A stretch of 64,000 nt of DNA from Podarcis pityusensis (taxonomy: Eukaryota). Shown here in pieces: positions 35,771 through 48,975 of this stretch. The notes beneath the pieces are model-generated. The model had not been told where the DNA came from. It did no database searches and was given only the letters and a program-made list of their open reading frames with translations. Both the position numbers and the translations under genes were made by a program. Position 1 is the stretch's first letter. Each line of letters starts with the position of its first letter. The stretch lies in NCBI GenBank assembly GCA_964106645.2, contig OZ067042.1; one strand, given 5' to 3'.

Positions 35771-36934
35771 TAGGTAAGCAGTTGTGCTTTTGTCACAAGT
35801 ACTTCGATCTTAGAGCTTTGAAAAGTGCATGAAGGACATACAATCCAATTATACAGAATCATACATATCCTGCTATAAACAAACGGTTAAGCAGTAATTA
35901 TAAAATGCAGCCTTTTCTCTGGAATGTATCATGGTTTGCCCATACGACCTGTCTGGTGAGCCAGTGATTCCGTTTTCTATGATCCAGCACTTTGGAATGT
36001 GCTGCCCTGCTCCCTGAGGCAATGCTGATTTCCTCTCCCAATGTGGGAAAGGCTAAAAGGCTATGAGAAGCATAAATATCAACAAGGTGTATGCCACTTT
36101 TTAAACATGATTTCCTGACCTAGCTTGTTGGCTTTTCAGGAACACTAATATTGCCGTGACCTTAGCAGTAATCTACATTTTATATGTTATTCATTTAGGC
36201 AAGTGAGCAATCATAATCTTATAAAAAATGCTTGTTGTAAAATATGGAACTCAGTATTTGTTTTCTAAATTAAATGCTGTTGCTTTTTAAATTTTGATGC
36301 AAATGAGGGTGTGTTGTTTTTTTAGAAAAAAGAATAATCTGAATTAGTCATCAAACTTCAGGCTCTATACAAGCCTTTTTTTGAAACTTGTTTAAGTTAC
36401 TGCCAACCACATCATTTTTTTTTCTAATTTGAGAACTAGTTGAAGATTAATTGGAGTAAGCAACATACCGCCAATATTTTTCTGTTTCTTTACAGACCAA
36501 AGCAAAGCAAAGCAAAGCAAAGCAAAGGAAGCTTTCCCAAGAAATCAGCACCAACAATTTTCGTACTGTTCATAAAAATTCTGATCTCATGGATCAGCAG
36601 GCTTTCAAACAACATCATGATATTTCCTCTGCAATCTAGGAATATATTTACTCCCCAGCCATTTCCTCATTTGATTTATTTAAGATGTGCCAAGGATCTG
36701 GAATCGGGAAAACTCAATTCTTGCACAAGGCATTCTGAGAATGTATTGTGAAAAACAGCTAGCGATAAAACGGCAGACAGTGAATACAGGAGTGATAAAA
36801 ACAGCTTCACATGTGCAGCACTGATCAACATCTTTTCGCAGAACCAGCAATAGAATAGATGAAAAACCTGGTTTTATTTTAGGCAGCCTAATCCATCATT
36901 TCCCATAGACCACCCATGTATGCTTTTCGCTTAC

Positions 36935-37031
36935 ATGAATTAACTGGAGAGTCATAACGGCTGCTGGGAAGCGAAGACCTTTCCTTCTCCATTTCTTCTT
37001 TTAATATCAATTGTCCCAGACCTGAGTTGAG
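36935..37031 (-). CDS. ABLIM1: ABLIM1 exon, 97 nt (LNSGLGQLILKEEMEKERSSLPSSRYDSPVNS)
   Basis: tttttgcag|CTCAAC...AATTCAT|gtaagc. Contains the SGLGQLILKEEM family motif. Confidence 0.96.
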
Positions 37032-37125
37032 CTGCAAAAATGGGAATTAAAAATTGTATGTAAGCTATTGAAAACATCCAGTTCAATTGGCACAGATGAG
37101 TTATTCACATCAATATCATAACCAC

Positions 37126-37217
37126 CTTCATCAGTTGTTCCTCCTGTAGCTGCCGACGTCTCTGAAGCTCCTCAAGATCTTCATCTCTGCCAGTGGATCT
37201 GCGGCGCATGTCAGAAC
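37126..37217 (-). CDS. ABLIM1: ABLIM1 exon, 92 nt (GSDMRRRSTGRDEDLEELQRRRQLQEEQLMK)
   Basis: ggaagtag|GTTCTGAC...ATGAAG|gtggtt. Matches the recalled coiled-coil segment RRRQLQEEQLMK. Confidence 0.95.
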
Positions 37218-40200
37218 CTACTTCCACAAAACCACAGCACAAAGAGAGCTTCTTGCACAACTGTACACAAGGATTGACAACCATTACCCATGTCTCCTTA
37301 GGCCTGCCGAATAAAATTTGCTTGCTGAATAACAAAACTAAACTCCACTAAACACATAGCCAGACGTTCTATCAATTTTGTTTCAGAAATAGCCATGATA
37401 TACTTATCTCCAGTTTAACTCTGTCACCTTCTGTGTAGAACCCAAATTTTTGTTACCTCCTAAGTGTGACATATACTGTAAATACTGTGGTTTCACTCAT
37501 TTTACTAGACGGCTATATTGAGGAATACTGAGTGCCGACAGCCAAACTCCTGATATTTGGTAAAGTCCCATTGATACAACCATTGCTTGTATTTTTCTCC
37601 TCCATGTTTCTAATTGAGAGGCCCAGGGCTTCAATTTTCTAAATAGTAATTTTGCACGTTTTAGCTACTTTTTTCAAGTGGTAAGTGAATCTCGTACGCA
37701 TTGTGGGCTGGATCCTGAGGCACCAGTAGAAGAAGTTCTGGCAAAATTCTGTCCCCAAAACTTTCATAGTATAGCTAGAGGAAGACTTTGCACAACTTGG
37801 ACTTGCATAAGCATGCATCTTGAAGTTTGTGAAAGAACTTGTGTTACAGAAGTGTACCATTGGATTTCAGCTCTCACAATAAGCATCTTGTGCTACGTTC
37901 AAAATAGTCCTTATGCTTATATAAGGGGACTTCCACTTTCTAAAGGGCACCTCTACGTCCAACTCCATTAAGTAAATTAAAACTTTGTCAGTTGTAACTA
38001 CAGGGAATAATATCATAAATAACTTGGGAATTAGGTGGGCCCTTTTAATAAAAGCTTTAGGATGAAAGATTTGAGCAACTCCATTTCCAGTTACCAATGG
38101 GAAGCTGAGATTTGGCCCATGTTTTTAGTGATATATGTTGTTATTATTACATTTATAACCCACCTTTCCTTCACTGAGCTCAAAGTGGGGTACATGGTTC
38201 TTCCCCTCTGCATTTTATTCCCACAACTCTATGTCTGAGGTAGGCATAGCTAAAGTTCTGGAATTTCTCTTTCTCTCTCTCTCTTGCACTCTCCACAGGT
38301 TCACCAAGGAGAGGTATATAATATACTATTGCAAGAAAACAACAAAAGCCCTGAATCAATGGTTAAGGACTTTTTAAAAGTTTTGAAAAGATGTAAGTAA
38401 TCATCAATAATAGTGGTTGGATAAACATTTGGTCTTGAATCTAGAAACCCTGGACGTTATTTCGGGCTGTAATCATATACACATTCACTTGGGTTTAAGT
38501 CTCACTGAACTCAGTGGGACTTATTCCCGAGCAGAATGGCTAAGACTGTGCTATGAAATTTTTCTTCTTCTGTGAAACATACATAATATTGACCCAGCTT
38601 ACAAGGCTGTTGTGGAAAGCACTCTGCCAATTAGAAGAACTACATTTAAGATAAATAACATTTCAGGTTCTACAGTAAGTAAAACCTAAAATAAAGTATT
38701 AACCCAGCATTTGAATTCAGTTATTTTGCAAAGACTGCAAATGATTATGGATTTTTAAAATAGGGTAACATTGGAAATGTGAATAGGAAGGGTAAGATAT
38801 ACAAGCAAAATGGACATGGAGACAATGGTGTATAAAGCAGATGTGGTAAACCATTGGCTCTCCAGGTGTTGCTCCCAACATCCTTGGCCAGTGGCCATGC
38901 TTGCTAGGGCAGATGGCAGTTGTTAGTTTAGTAATATCTGGAGAGCCAAAGGTTCCCCACACCTAATGTATCATGATAGTGAGTACAGAACCATGAGCTT
39001 AGCTACATATTACATGCATATACATGCATTTAAATATCAAAGGATGATTTTAAGAAGCAGAAACGGCTTCAAGAGTGTACATAACCCCTCCCGCCTGCAA
39101 TTTTTCTGCTGCAAGTTCCTGCTTCCCAGGCTGCTTTTTCCCAAACACTGTTCTAGATGCATATTTTTTTCCTGTCTTCTCACAAGCATGAGTCTGGAGC
39201 CCAGTTTCAAGGGAGAAGCATTGCAGTGGGAAAATGGTACACAGGAGTAAGATTAGGCACCCTCCTCTCTCCTGCCACTACTGCTTGCTGAAAACAGCAG
39301 CTCCTGAAGTCACTTTTCCTTGTTCAAAGCACACACACACACACACACACACACCCTATGAAATCTCTGCTGCCCCTGAGTCCTTCCGCATTTTGAACCT
39401 TTAGCAGACGTTGCTAACATTTTCCAAAATGTAATATAACTGTTTCCTGTTTCTTATAAAGCTGACCACATTCCATGTTTGAATAAAAAATTATTTTCTT
39501 TAGAGATCCCCAAATGCCTGCTGTAGGTCCAATTCACCTGTGCCTTCTGGATTTGGTGAAGTCAGTATGAGATGATTTTAGCTATGGCCATTTCATATGG
39601 TGAGCATGCTGGCTTCATACACCCTATTATAGTAAGAGCTAATGCTTACTATGACCCATGGCAAACAAGCCCTCATCCTCATCTGTGTCACAGTATATGT
39701 GGAATTTGTTACCCAGTTATTTAATATTAATTTTAATAATATACTTAGGGTTCAGTCCTATAATAATTTTGAAAGGAAAATCACCACTGTGAGATTCCCA
39801 CCCCCTTAAAGCTGGCATTGCAAAAATCTCTTTATGCTGACATGATCACACAATACTGACAAAAAAAGGGTAACATTGATGCGATGTTGTACAATCACCT
39901 CACACTGAGTTCCCCAGCTAACATGAGAATCAGGCTTTTGTATTCAACCAACCGTTAACAGGTAACCAACAGTTATTGTATTTAAATAATCATGTGGACA
40001 GATAATATGACATGATACATATTGGGTTTTAACAAAAAAAGTGTTTTTAAAAATGAAAAAAAGCATGGAAAATAAAATTAATATCTTAAGGCACAAATAT
40101 GATGCTAATAGTAGGCCACTTTTAACTTCATTTATTTGGAAATCTGCTTGTGCTATGTATCGAAATCAAGAACTTTAAGAACATTTTGCAGCCTGAGATG

Positions 40201-41570
40201 ATGGACTCATGTCTCCTCACTCAGTTCCATGAACAGAAGTCCATAGGACTGGCAACTGACTCTTGCTCCAACACTGGCAACAGGATAACATCTTCCATTG
40301 CAGCTAAGGGCAGGAGGCTACCTTAGGAGGTGCAGGACAGGCTATGTGGTCCCACAGCTATGACCTCAAACACCTTGCCTCACTCATGCACTGGGCCACC
40401 TGGCACCTGCTCACTGCCTGGTAAAACAAACATTGCAATTCAGCAGCAGTGTGGTGCCAATGCCTGGGCACCAGCTCAGGATGATGTGTATGTCTGATCG
40501 CAGAGTATGTCCCCCAGCACCTGCTGCCAAATGTGGTTGCCTCAGGTTTTCTAATAATATGACTCACCCTGTCTGTATCTTTGGTTTCCTATCCTAATTA
40601 GATACAGTGAAAAGGTGTTGAAGTAAGAAAATCCTTAAACAAGTCAGGCTTCATTGCAGCAGTCAATTTAACACATTGATTTGAATGAGATTATGAAGAC
40701 AATGTTATTTGTAATCTCTTAACTCTGCCCCTGTAGACCAATTCCTTGGACACATTCCTCAGCAGGCAGCTTTTGTTTTAACCTTTAAACGCCTGCTGAA
40801 AACTTTTCCATGCTGCCAAGCTTATGCAGGCAATTAAGAAAACACATTTCAATAATAGGTGATGGTCTCTGATTTTAAGTTTTTACAAAGTTTTATTGTA
40901 TATAGATACTGTGGTCGAAACCGTACTTGATTTTTATGATATAGTAGCATATAAATATATTCATAAAGAAATGATAATATTTTTGACTAGAAACTAAGGA
41001 GAAATATCCAAATCCTCACTTTCCTTCTCAAAAAGTGTCCCACAGAAACCTCAACTTCCTGTTTAAACTCTCTGAATTCAAAAAGTGCATTGTGATTTCG
41101 GGGGCCAAAAGCTCTTAAAAGGGGGAAATCGGAGGAACAGCATGTACACACGGGAAAAAATCTCCCTTCATAAAGCTCCTGTGATAAACCCTAAATGTCT
41201 TTATGAACTCTAGATACTTTAAAGCAAAGCTTAGAGGTTCTGTGTTAGGCATGCATGGAAGGGGTCCAAATGAGAAAGAAACGCAGGAAAACCTGGGAGT
41301 GTGCACTTCAATGGAATGTAGACTCCAGGGATTAGAAATCCCAGAGTCTGAGGTTATACATTCCAAACTACAGGGTTTTCCAGGGAAACCCCTCTCCCCA
41401 TCTTTTCACATTATATATTTAGTGTAGCACCCATAAGACTCTTAAGGATCAGGTGCAAATGAATTCAATATCCCTGTATCACACACTAATTAATATTAGT
41501 CTAAATTTATTTATAGGTTAGTAGAAAGCTGGGGTGGGGTTTACACTTTTTTTCACTTGTTGTTCCATAC

Positions 41571-41717
41571 CTACAGCCGCAAGTGCGGGTGGACCTGGCC
41601 AGTATTCTGTCTCAATCTTTGGAATCTCGTTGGGTGCTGGAGCGTGGGCTGCTGGGAACTTGGAGGACTTGATGATATCATCGGAAGACTTGTTCTGGGC
41701 TGCCAGGGCAGCTGCAT
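41571..41717 (-). CDS. ABLIM1: ABLIM1 exon, 147 or 141 nt (DAAALAAQNKSSDDIIKSSKFPAAHAPAPNEIPKIETEYWPGPPALAAV)
   Basis: catctag|ATGCAG|CTGCC...GCTGTAG|gtatgg. Contains SKFPAA and PKIETxxWPGPP family motifs. Two acceptors 6 nt apart. Confidence 0.96.
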   Translation of the reverse strand: MQLPWQPRTSLPMISSSPPSSQQPTLQHPTRFQRLRQNTGQVHPHLRL

Positions 41718-41870
41718 CTAGATGGCAATCAGGGGAACTTAAGCTATCAGATTAAGTTGCTGCATCAATGCTATATGGTTCTTTTCAACTTCATGCTCTC
41801 TTACAATTGAAATAGTTAACACTATAAGTACTATTATTTCATCTCCTTATTCAGCAAGTAAGGGCCCCTC

Positions 41871-42302
41871 CAGACATCCTTTTTATTGTGCATTCTTGGT
41901 GGTGTTGGGACAGTTTTCTACAATCACTCTTTCAATACAGTTTGTGACTGCAAAAGTTTCGGGGCAGTCAAACTGCCCTGTATCCAATTGGTGCATGTTT
42001 TGTAGCTTCTTGTTGAAGTCCTGTAATTTCTTACAGCACAAATGTTCTGGGGGTGGCAGTGGTGGTTGTCCTGCTTTTGTTCGGCAATAGCACAGAAAAT
42101 GCCCCTCCAGAGAGCAATAATGCAGTAACACTGGGGAAGCATCACAGAATGTAAATAAAGCTGGAAGATGGGTGGATGGTTCAGGATAAATCTGCCACTA
42201 ACGCACTATTACTGTGTCAATGACAAGTGTAAGACACCGTGTGCCCCACCCACCCACGGTGGAAAACACACACACAAATAAAACACCAGTCTGGAGAAGC
42301 CC
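41871..42302. mobile_element. Probable PIF/Harbinger-type MITE
   Basis: taa|gggcccctccagac ... gtctggagaagccc|tga. Confidence 0.45.
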
Positions 42303-45300
42303 TGATATAATGCTCCTATTAACATATTGTGGCCAAATTTTAAGTTCTAATTTCTGCAAGAAAACCCCAAGTTTCATGAGAACAGCGCATTTGAAGGATG
42401 CATACAATCACAGCATTAAATCAGAAGTTACAATGGAGTTCTGTAATGGAGTGAGCCTGGCTTCCTCCCACCTTTACAATGTAAATAACAGACAAGCAAG
42501 TCATCCAAAAGCTTGAATTCTGCTATCCTGCCTATTCCAAATGTTTCAGGGAGGCATATGGGATGCTTAATCATTTAATCATTTAAAACTTAATCATTTA
42601 AAACAGGGAACCCATGGCCCTTCAGTTGTTGTTGAACTCCAACCACCATAAACCACAGACAGCATGGTCAGGGAGTGTAAGGTGCTGGATTTCAACAACA
42701 TCTGGAAGGCCAAGATGTCTGATTCAAATGCTCTTTAGTTGCCTCAGGCTGCTTTTTTTAAGCAGTTGCAAAATTGTTCCCAGGTCAATGGAGGTGGGTT
42801 TGTGACATCACAAGTGTCTGCTAATTAGCTCTATGTACAGCCAACTTCTGCAAAATTTCACAGGACCAGTTTTCCTGAGCTTGATCTGGGAGAGAAAATT
42901 GTTTTGTTTGAATAGAACACAAGTATATTTCCAGAGTGGCACTCTCATTTCAATAATCCTAGGTTTGTGCACAGCTTTAGAATGGATTTACAAAGCAAGT
43001 TCATTGGAACCACAGAAGCATTATATGGCAGTCTCTCTTTTTTAAAGCAACTGCTGTTAATAAAAAGAAGAGTTCAGTGTGCCTCTTGGTTTCCATGTAA
43101 GGCAAGAAGCCAGGGATATTTTAGTAGTGTTCTACTGGATGTAATCTCATGCCATTTTACAAAATTTCTCCAATGGGAATGAAATTTGCTGTGTATTAAT
43201 AACTGTAAACTTTCTACTATATAATTACATTTCCTTAACACATTACATTTCCTTAACACATTAAATAAATACTTTTTCATCAGTCCAAATCAGTAGTTGG
43301 GTAATTGCTACATAATAATTAGCTTCATTTTATTTTGGTTAAAGCTCTTATTAAGCATCCTTGATGTTTACTTCAGAGCATTGTCATCACCATGTGAAAT
43401 TGATCCCAAAGTAAGGTATAGTAATAGTGTAATATTTATCCTGGCAATTCACTTAGGGTGAAATTATACTATCATTATGTATGAGGGAACATCACCATGA
43501 GATGCATGCAACTGTTCTTAAGTTCCGTGTGTATTTGAAAAGAAGAAGGCAGATTTAATGCCAGTAAATAACAAATAAAAAAATCACCTCAGGGCAGAGT
43601 TTTACATATACAAAATGACAGTGTAGTTTCACCCTTTGCTGTTTTCAATAACCAAATGTTGGGCTGATTCCACTGTGTATGAAGCAACTAAAAAAAGATA
43701 GAAAAGAATGTGAACTAGAAAAACTATTTCCCAAGATATATTTTGTGTCTTTACTATTTTAAGGTTTGTGTTTCTGAAAGCCTCCAAAGGGTATTTTCAG
43801 ATGTCACAAACTTAGCTAAAACAGAGGCCCGTATCAGAAAATGTTAGAAAGTTATACAGGGCCATGCTTGCATAAGAAGAGAAGGGGTAAATCTAGATAT
43901 TGATTGTCCATCTGCATATTATATAAATCTACTTCAATGTTTTAATGCTCCGTTCAAATGAATTTGGCCATTTTAACTGTGATCACTTAGAGGAGAGGTG
44001 GGAAACCACCAGCCAATGGACCTAATCAGGCCCTGGATGGTTCTCAGTTTGACCCTTAAGACCCTTTCCCCTAAACCATGGCCATCTCAGCCTTAGACTG
44101 CAACTCCATGATATTTTAAGACTTTGTTAACATTTCTTAAAGTACATTTTTAAATGAAAGTCCTGCGACCATTTAGTCATGCATGAAGGAAGGGAAAGTC
44201 TTTATCAGATGCTACTACATAGTTAAAACCTTAACTAGATTCATTCTCCAGAAGAAGAGAAAGTAGAGTGAAAGAATACTAACTTTTTAAAGTTTGCAAG
44301 TTATAATAAAATGTAGAATTTTTAGGGAAGAGCAAACAAGAAACAAAAGATTTTTATTTACAGAAGCCCCCTTACTATTTTGAAATATAATAAAAATTGT
44401 TCATAAGGGATGAAACTAACTGGAAATATATTGTGCATAGGCTTAAGTGAAACAAATGAAAGCTGCACAAGAGTTTCATCCTGTGCAGACTGGCAGCTCT
44501 CTTTCATTTCAAAGGGGGCTTATGAACAAGAAAAGTTCCTGAAAAACTGTGAAGTCTTAATGCAGAAGTGAAGAACCTTTTTCAGACTGAGGGCACATTC
44601 CCTTCTAGGCAGCCTCCCAAGGGTGGGGGGCTCACAGGCAAAATGAATGTAGATTTAACCTTTTTACAGTAGGTCAGTTTCTAAACATACTTAATATATC
44701 CCTTTCTGTCCTCCACCCAGGCAAGCAAGGGACACATTCCAGCCAGCCAAGATGACTGAGGAGGGTGTGTAGCTTGAGGAGAGTCCTGAGGGCCAGAAGA
44801 GAAGTCTCATTTGATGCCCAGATCGGAGGTTTCCCATCCCTGCTTTTAATGGATAAGGAGCAGCTACCTTGGCTCATTGCTCAGGGAATTACAAAAACAT
44901 GCCTTCCAACAGTACTTACGTATTAGAATTGATGAGGTCAGTGGCAAAAACATTCACATGTTAATGGGAGGTGAGTAGACACAATAAAAATCATAGAGAA
45001 ATAAAAATGATGTCAAGAAAAAAATTAAATGGCATGATTAAAAATTAAATAATAATAATATAATAATAATACAAATGCCACCCCATAATAACCATCAGCC
45101 CTCAAGCAATCTAAAACTTTTGCATCCCTCAGCCACCCCTGATCTTCCTACTATTTCTGTTTCCATGAGTCTTTACCTAAAAGCTATAATTATAATTAGT
45201 TTCTTTCTAGATACTGTGAAAAATGTATTTTTGTAGCCAGCTCTCCAAAGACTACTGAAATTCCCTCAGAAAATACTGCAATGTGACCTTTGCTGTTAAA

Positions 45301-46468
45301 AAGAAATTGTGAATTGCTAATTGTGAATGCTCCATTGTCAGTGCAGAACCCTGCTATGAAGACACACTATTCGTTTTTTACTCGGAGCGTTCAACATTGG
45401 GCACATGTTGAAAGACACTCTGTAGTTACTACAGACATTCTACTGCTTTGCCCCTGCACTCAAAAGCAGATTCTTGTCAGTTCTACCTCATTTTAAGCTC
45501 AGTCGAGCACAGCAATACACAATGGAGACCAAGCTAGCTCCCATGCCAGCATCAATAAAATGAATGAGGGTCGTGAGAGAGATGAGCGTGCTTGTTGGAT
45601 TATGCTCTTTCAGTTTTCATTGGGACCATGCCTTGGTCAAATGACTTTCCCCATCATTTCTCATATTATTAAAGTGGGTATTCCACTTGGACAGGAAAAC
45701 TGATTTAAAAACCTAACTGTTCCTGTCAGAGTTTTTTAGCTAGTTATGACAGTTTCCAAGAGATATGTTGCTTTCAATATTTCCAGATATATTAGTACAA
45801 TATCTTTAAGCAAATTTCCATGTGGAATGCTGGCCTGCTAGCTGTAAAACAACCCTACATGACTGCAGCTTATATGACTGAAACAAAGGCCAATAAGACA
45901 TGTACTATTCCTGTTTGCAAGCAGGGTACTACATAGCAAAGTAGCCATGATGGATTATCATACTCTGGAAAACGACATTCAAAGCAGTGAGGCATACAGT
46001 GTAATCCTTCATCTTACACAGGTTTGGTTCCAAGCATTATGCATATGTGTGAAAATTGCATATAGTCAAACCTTGGCGCTACCCTGCGGCTAGTGTATCT
46101 GCAGCCCTCCCAGAGCCGGCACACTGAGTAGGCCTTGCCCAGCAAGCAAGACCAAGAGTTTAAAAGCACATTTTGTGCCAGGTCTGCTTGTGTTACCCTG
46201 TGCCTTGCTTGGGAGTTGCACAATTTCATCCAGCCTGCTGCTAAACACATGTAAGATGAGAGATTACTGTATTTTTCTGCCTTTCAAACACCCTCTGTTT
46301 AAATCAGAAAAAAATGAAACATAAAAGGTGATAAAGCAGGCAATAATCCGCTAATGTTACAAAAAGTTAACATGAAGACAAAGCTCTGGGTAAGTCAACA
46401 GTTCAGTCATGCAGCTATTTAATATATTAAGATTGTCCCACTTTGAAAACAGAAAGAATAAGGTTTAC

Positions 46469-46516
46469 CATGCTGTTTGTAGATAGGAGGTTTTCTATAA
46501 ATATTGATGCCTTGAT
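46469..46516 (-). CDS. ABLIM1: ABLIM1 exon, 48 nt (DQGINIYRKPPIYKQH)
   Basis: tttttacag|ATCAAGGC...CAGCATG|gtaaac. Contains the NIYRKPPIYK motif of the ABLIM/dematin family. Confidence 0.97.
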
Positions 46517-47011
46517 CTGTAAAAATAAAAAGCAGAAACATGAGACTATTTGGACATCTTCAATTAATGCTGGGAAAGAGGGAAGAAATCAAACACTAAA
46601 TTGACAGGTATTCCAAACCGAGGACTTGGCACAAGTATCCAGGAAACTAATTTCAGTATCACATAAAAGAGAGAAGTATCTGATGAAAACAAAACACAAA
46701 AACAGATGGGAAAATATCACAGACAGATGATATGAATCTTTGACATATAGAGTTGGCAACATGGTGATGTACCTAAAAGCATGGGCCATTCAGTTTAATG
46801 TCTTAGTAGATTGTTAGTGGGATAAACATTTCACAGGAGGTGCAACCAAAAGAGATATGCCAGGGGTGGAGACAGGAGCATTCTGGCGGAAAATAGCCCC
46901 CAAATGACTACTGGGAAATTGTGCAACAGCAGCTCAATTTCTCCTCCAACCACAGACATCACAAGTAGCAATGATGGACATTTACAGTCAAGGCTTCAGA
47001 ACATGTTTCAT

Positions 47012-47100
47012 TCAGTGCAATCCTATGTATGCTTACTCATAAGTAAGTCTCATTGAGAACAGTGGGACTTGCTTTCAGGTAGATGTGTAAAGGATTGCAG
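47012..47100. repeat. Short palindromic squamate repeat (gcaatccta...acttac...taggattgc); degraded relatives near 4492-4585, 7302-7370, 26400-26490, 38465-38550, 47553-47603, 48430-48512
   Basis: Recurrent ~90-bp self-complementary motif seen at several positions in the window. Confidence 0.6.
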
Positions 47101-48325
47101 TGTAAATCTGCCATTTTGAAATGCAGCCATATTGTCCGTGATTCTATTGAGTCTCTGCAATGTTTCTTACCACACTTATTGGTTTGGTGGTACAACCAAC
47201 TCACACCACCAACCACATATGTTCATATTCAGAAGCATTTTATGGCATAGAGCCTGGACTTAATACAGTACTTCTCTAGCAATGACTTAAATAGTACAGA
47301 ATGTTTTCATTTGTTTTTTTTAAATATATGCTTGGATATATTCTCAAGGAAAAGTTCATGTTCCTCTTAAATATAAAATGCACAGACACTGAAAATTAAT
47401 ATGAGAACACAAACAAAATGAAGAGAGGATTCTTAGAAAGCTTGAGGTAGAGTCAAAAATAAATAACCCAAAAGCAATGTTCTTTGGGTTGTTTTTTAAA
47501 AAAGACTTATCTAGGGTAACTCAGTAGACAAAGAAAACAGAATGCTATATTGTAGCCTGATCCTACGCATGTTTACTCAGTAGTGCCACTGTGGGATTGC
47601 AGCCTCGTAGTGGCAAGATATGTTTAATGCAGGCTATCCCTCTTAGATGTGTAGCAGCTAATTAATGGCTAGAATATATCAGTAATGGCTCAACTCTAAA
47701 CCATAAAAAGGGTTATGCTGTTGGTTCAGCTGCACATTCCCCACCCTCCACTATACCTTCTCTGTATGTTAAGCAGTTACAATATGTGTGTAATCTCTTA
47801 AGAATGTCTTGGAGATCCATGACCATGAAGGCAGATGTTATATCAGCAGCAGTAGCTCCTAAGTGTGTGGCCAAAATTTTCAGCCAGACAGGCACGTCTC
47901 TATTACTTCCAGAACAACAACTCTAATTGACACGGAAGAGAGTGGGGCCATAATTCTTTATCTCCTCAAAATACACTGGAACAAGAGATCTTTGATACAA
48001 ACTAACCCCAACTCAATGTTTTGCTTAATACTAAATAATGACATATCCATTGCTCACTGAGACTGCTCAAGAAACATTAAGCCACAACCATTGCTAGAAA
48101 ATGGCTACCAGGTTATCTGCAGCATTCGCAGCAGACAATACTATAAAAGCAGAGTGTAATAGACACAAGGCTGAACTTCTAGCAGTATCACTGGTTCCTT
48201 CTCAAGCAGTAAAAAGTGTACAGAAGCAAAGTAAATAATGTGAAGCTTTAATGTTAAATTAATGATTTGCATCAATGAGAACTACTTCGCACAGGAATCT
48301 ACAGATTTAAGGCCCCAAATGAAGC

Positions 48326-48340
48326 CTACCAGAGGGCGCC
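48326..48340 (+). promoter_or_regulatory. Candidate CTCF site
   Basis: CTACCAGAGGGCGCC, one mismatch to the core, CpG retained. Motif match only. Confidence 0.45.
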
Positions 48341-48870
48341 ACAGAAACAACTACCGTAGATGCAATGAGTCTGCTTAAGCAATATTATTCTTAACAGAAA
48401 GTACAGTCATTGTGCCACAAAAAATGCACAGTGCAATTCTAAGTATGGTTGCTCAGGTCCCATTGAGTTCCATTAGACAGGCTTCCTAGTATTTTTGTTT
48501 AGGATTGTAACCTGAATCCTGCCTCTTAAAGTCATGAAAAACAGGAACTAACAGGTAAGATGTGTTTGGTGCTACCAAGAAGTGGCTTGGGCCATGTACA
48601 CGGTGCTCTTACCAAACTACATTGTATCCTCCCTATTCCAAAATCTCTAAGAGAAAGATTTAATTTCAACGCTTAAATCTTTCTGCAGCCAGCTTTTTCT
48701 AATTCCTCTCAAAATAAAACCAACAAGCCCTGCATTTCAAAGCAGTTCATGGTATACTCCAAAAAACAAATGAACTAAACAGCATGAGATAATGGAGACA
48801 AGACAAGGGTTACAAAGGCTACTGGTCTACACTATGACAGGACACCAAGACATACATTGCCAGCTCCTAC

Positions 48871-48975
48871 CTGGAACATGGAAATGTTTAGGGGCCTGAG
48901 CGTAAGTTGGTGTTAGAGGGCGGCTGTCTGGCCGGTAAGGGGCAGGGGAGTTCCGACCGCTGGACGGCTCATTGC
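48871..48975 (-). CDS. ABLIM1: ABLIM1 cassette exon, 105 nt (GNEPSSGRNSPAPYRPDSRPLTPTYAQAPKHFHVP)
   Basis: ctcattggag|GCAATGAG...GTTCCAG|gtagga. Near-identical to recalled human ABLIM1; visible inside ORF 48827..49150. Confidence 0.95.

Noticed and set aside
46278-46304. 27-nt AG...GT segment after a good pyrimidine tract
   Set aside because: Weak donor (ACA|gtaatc) and an in-frame TGA in the required phase; no further support.
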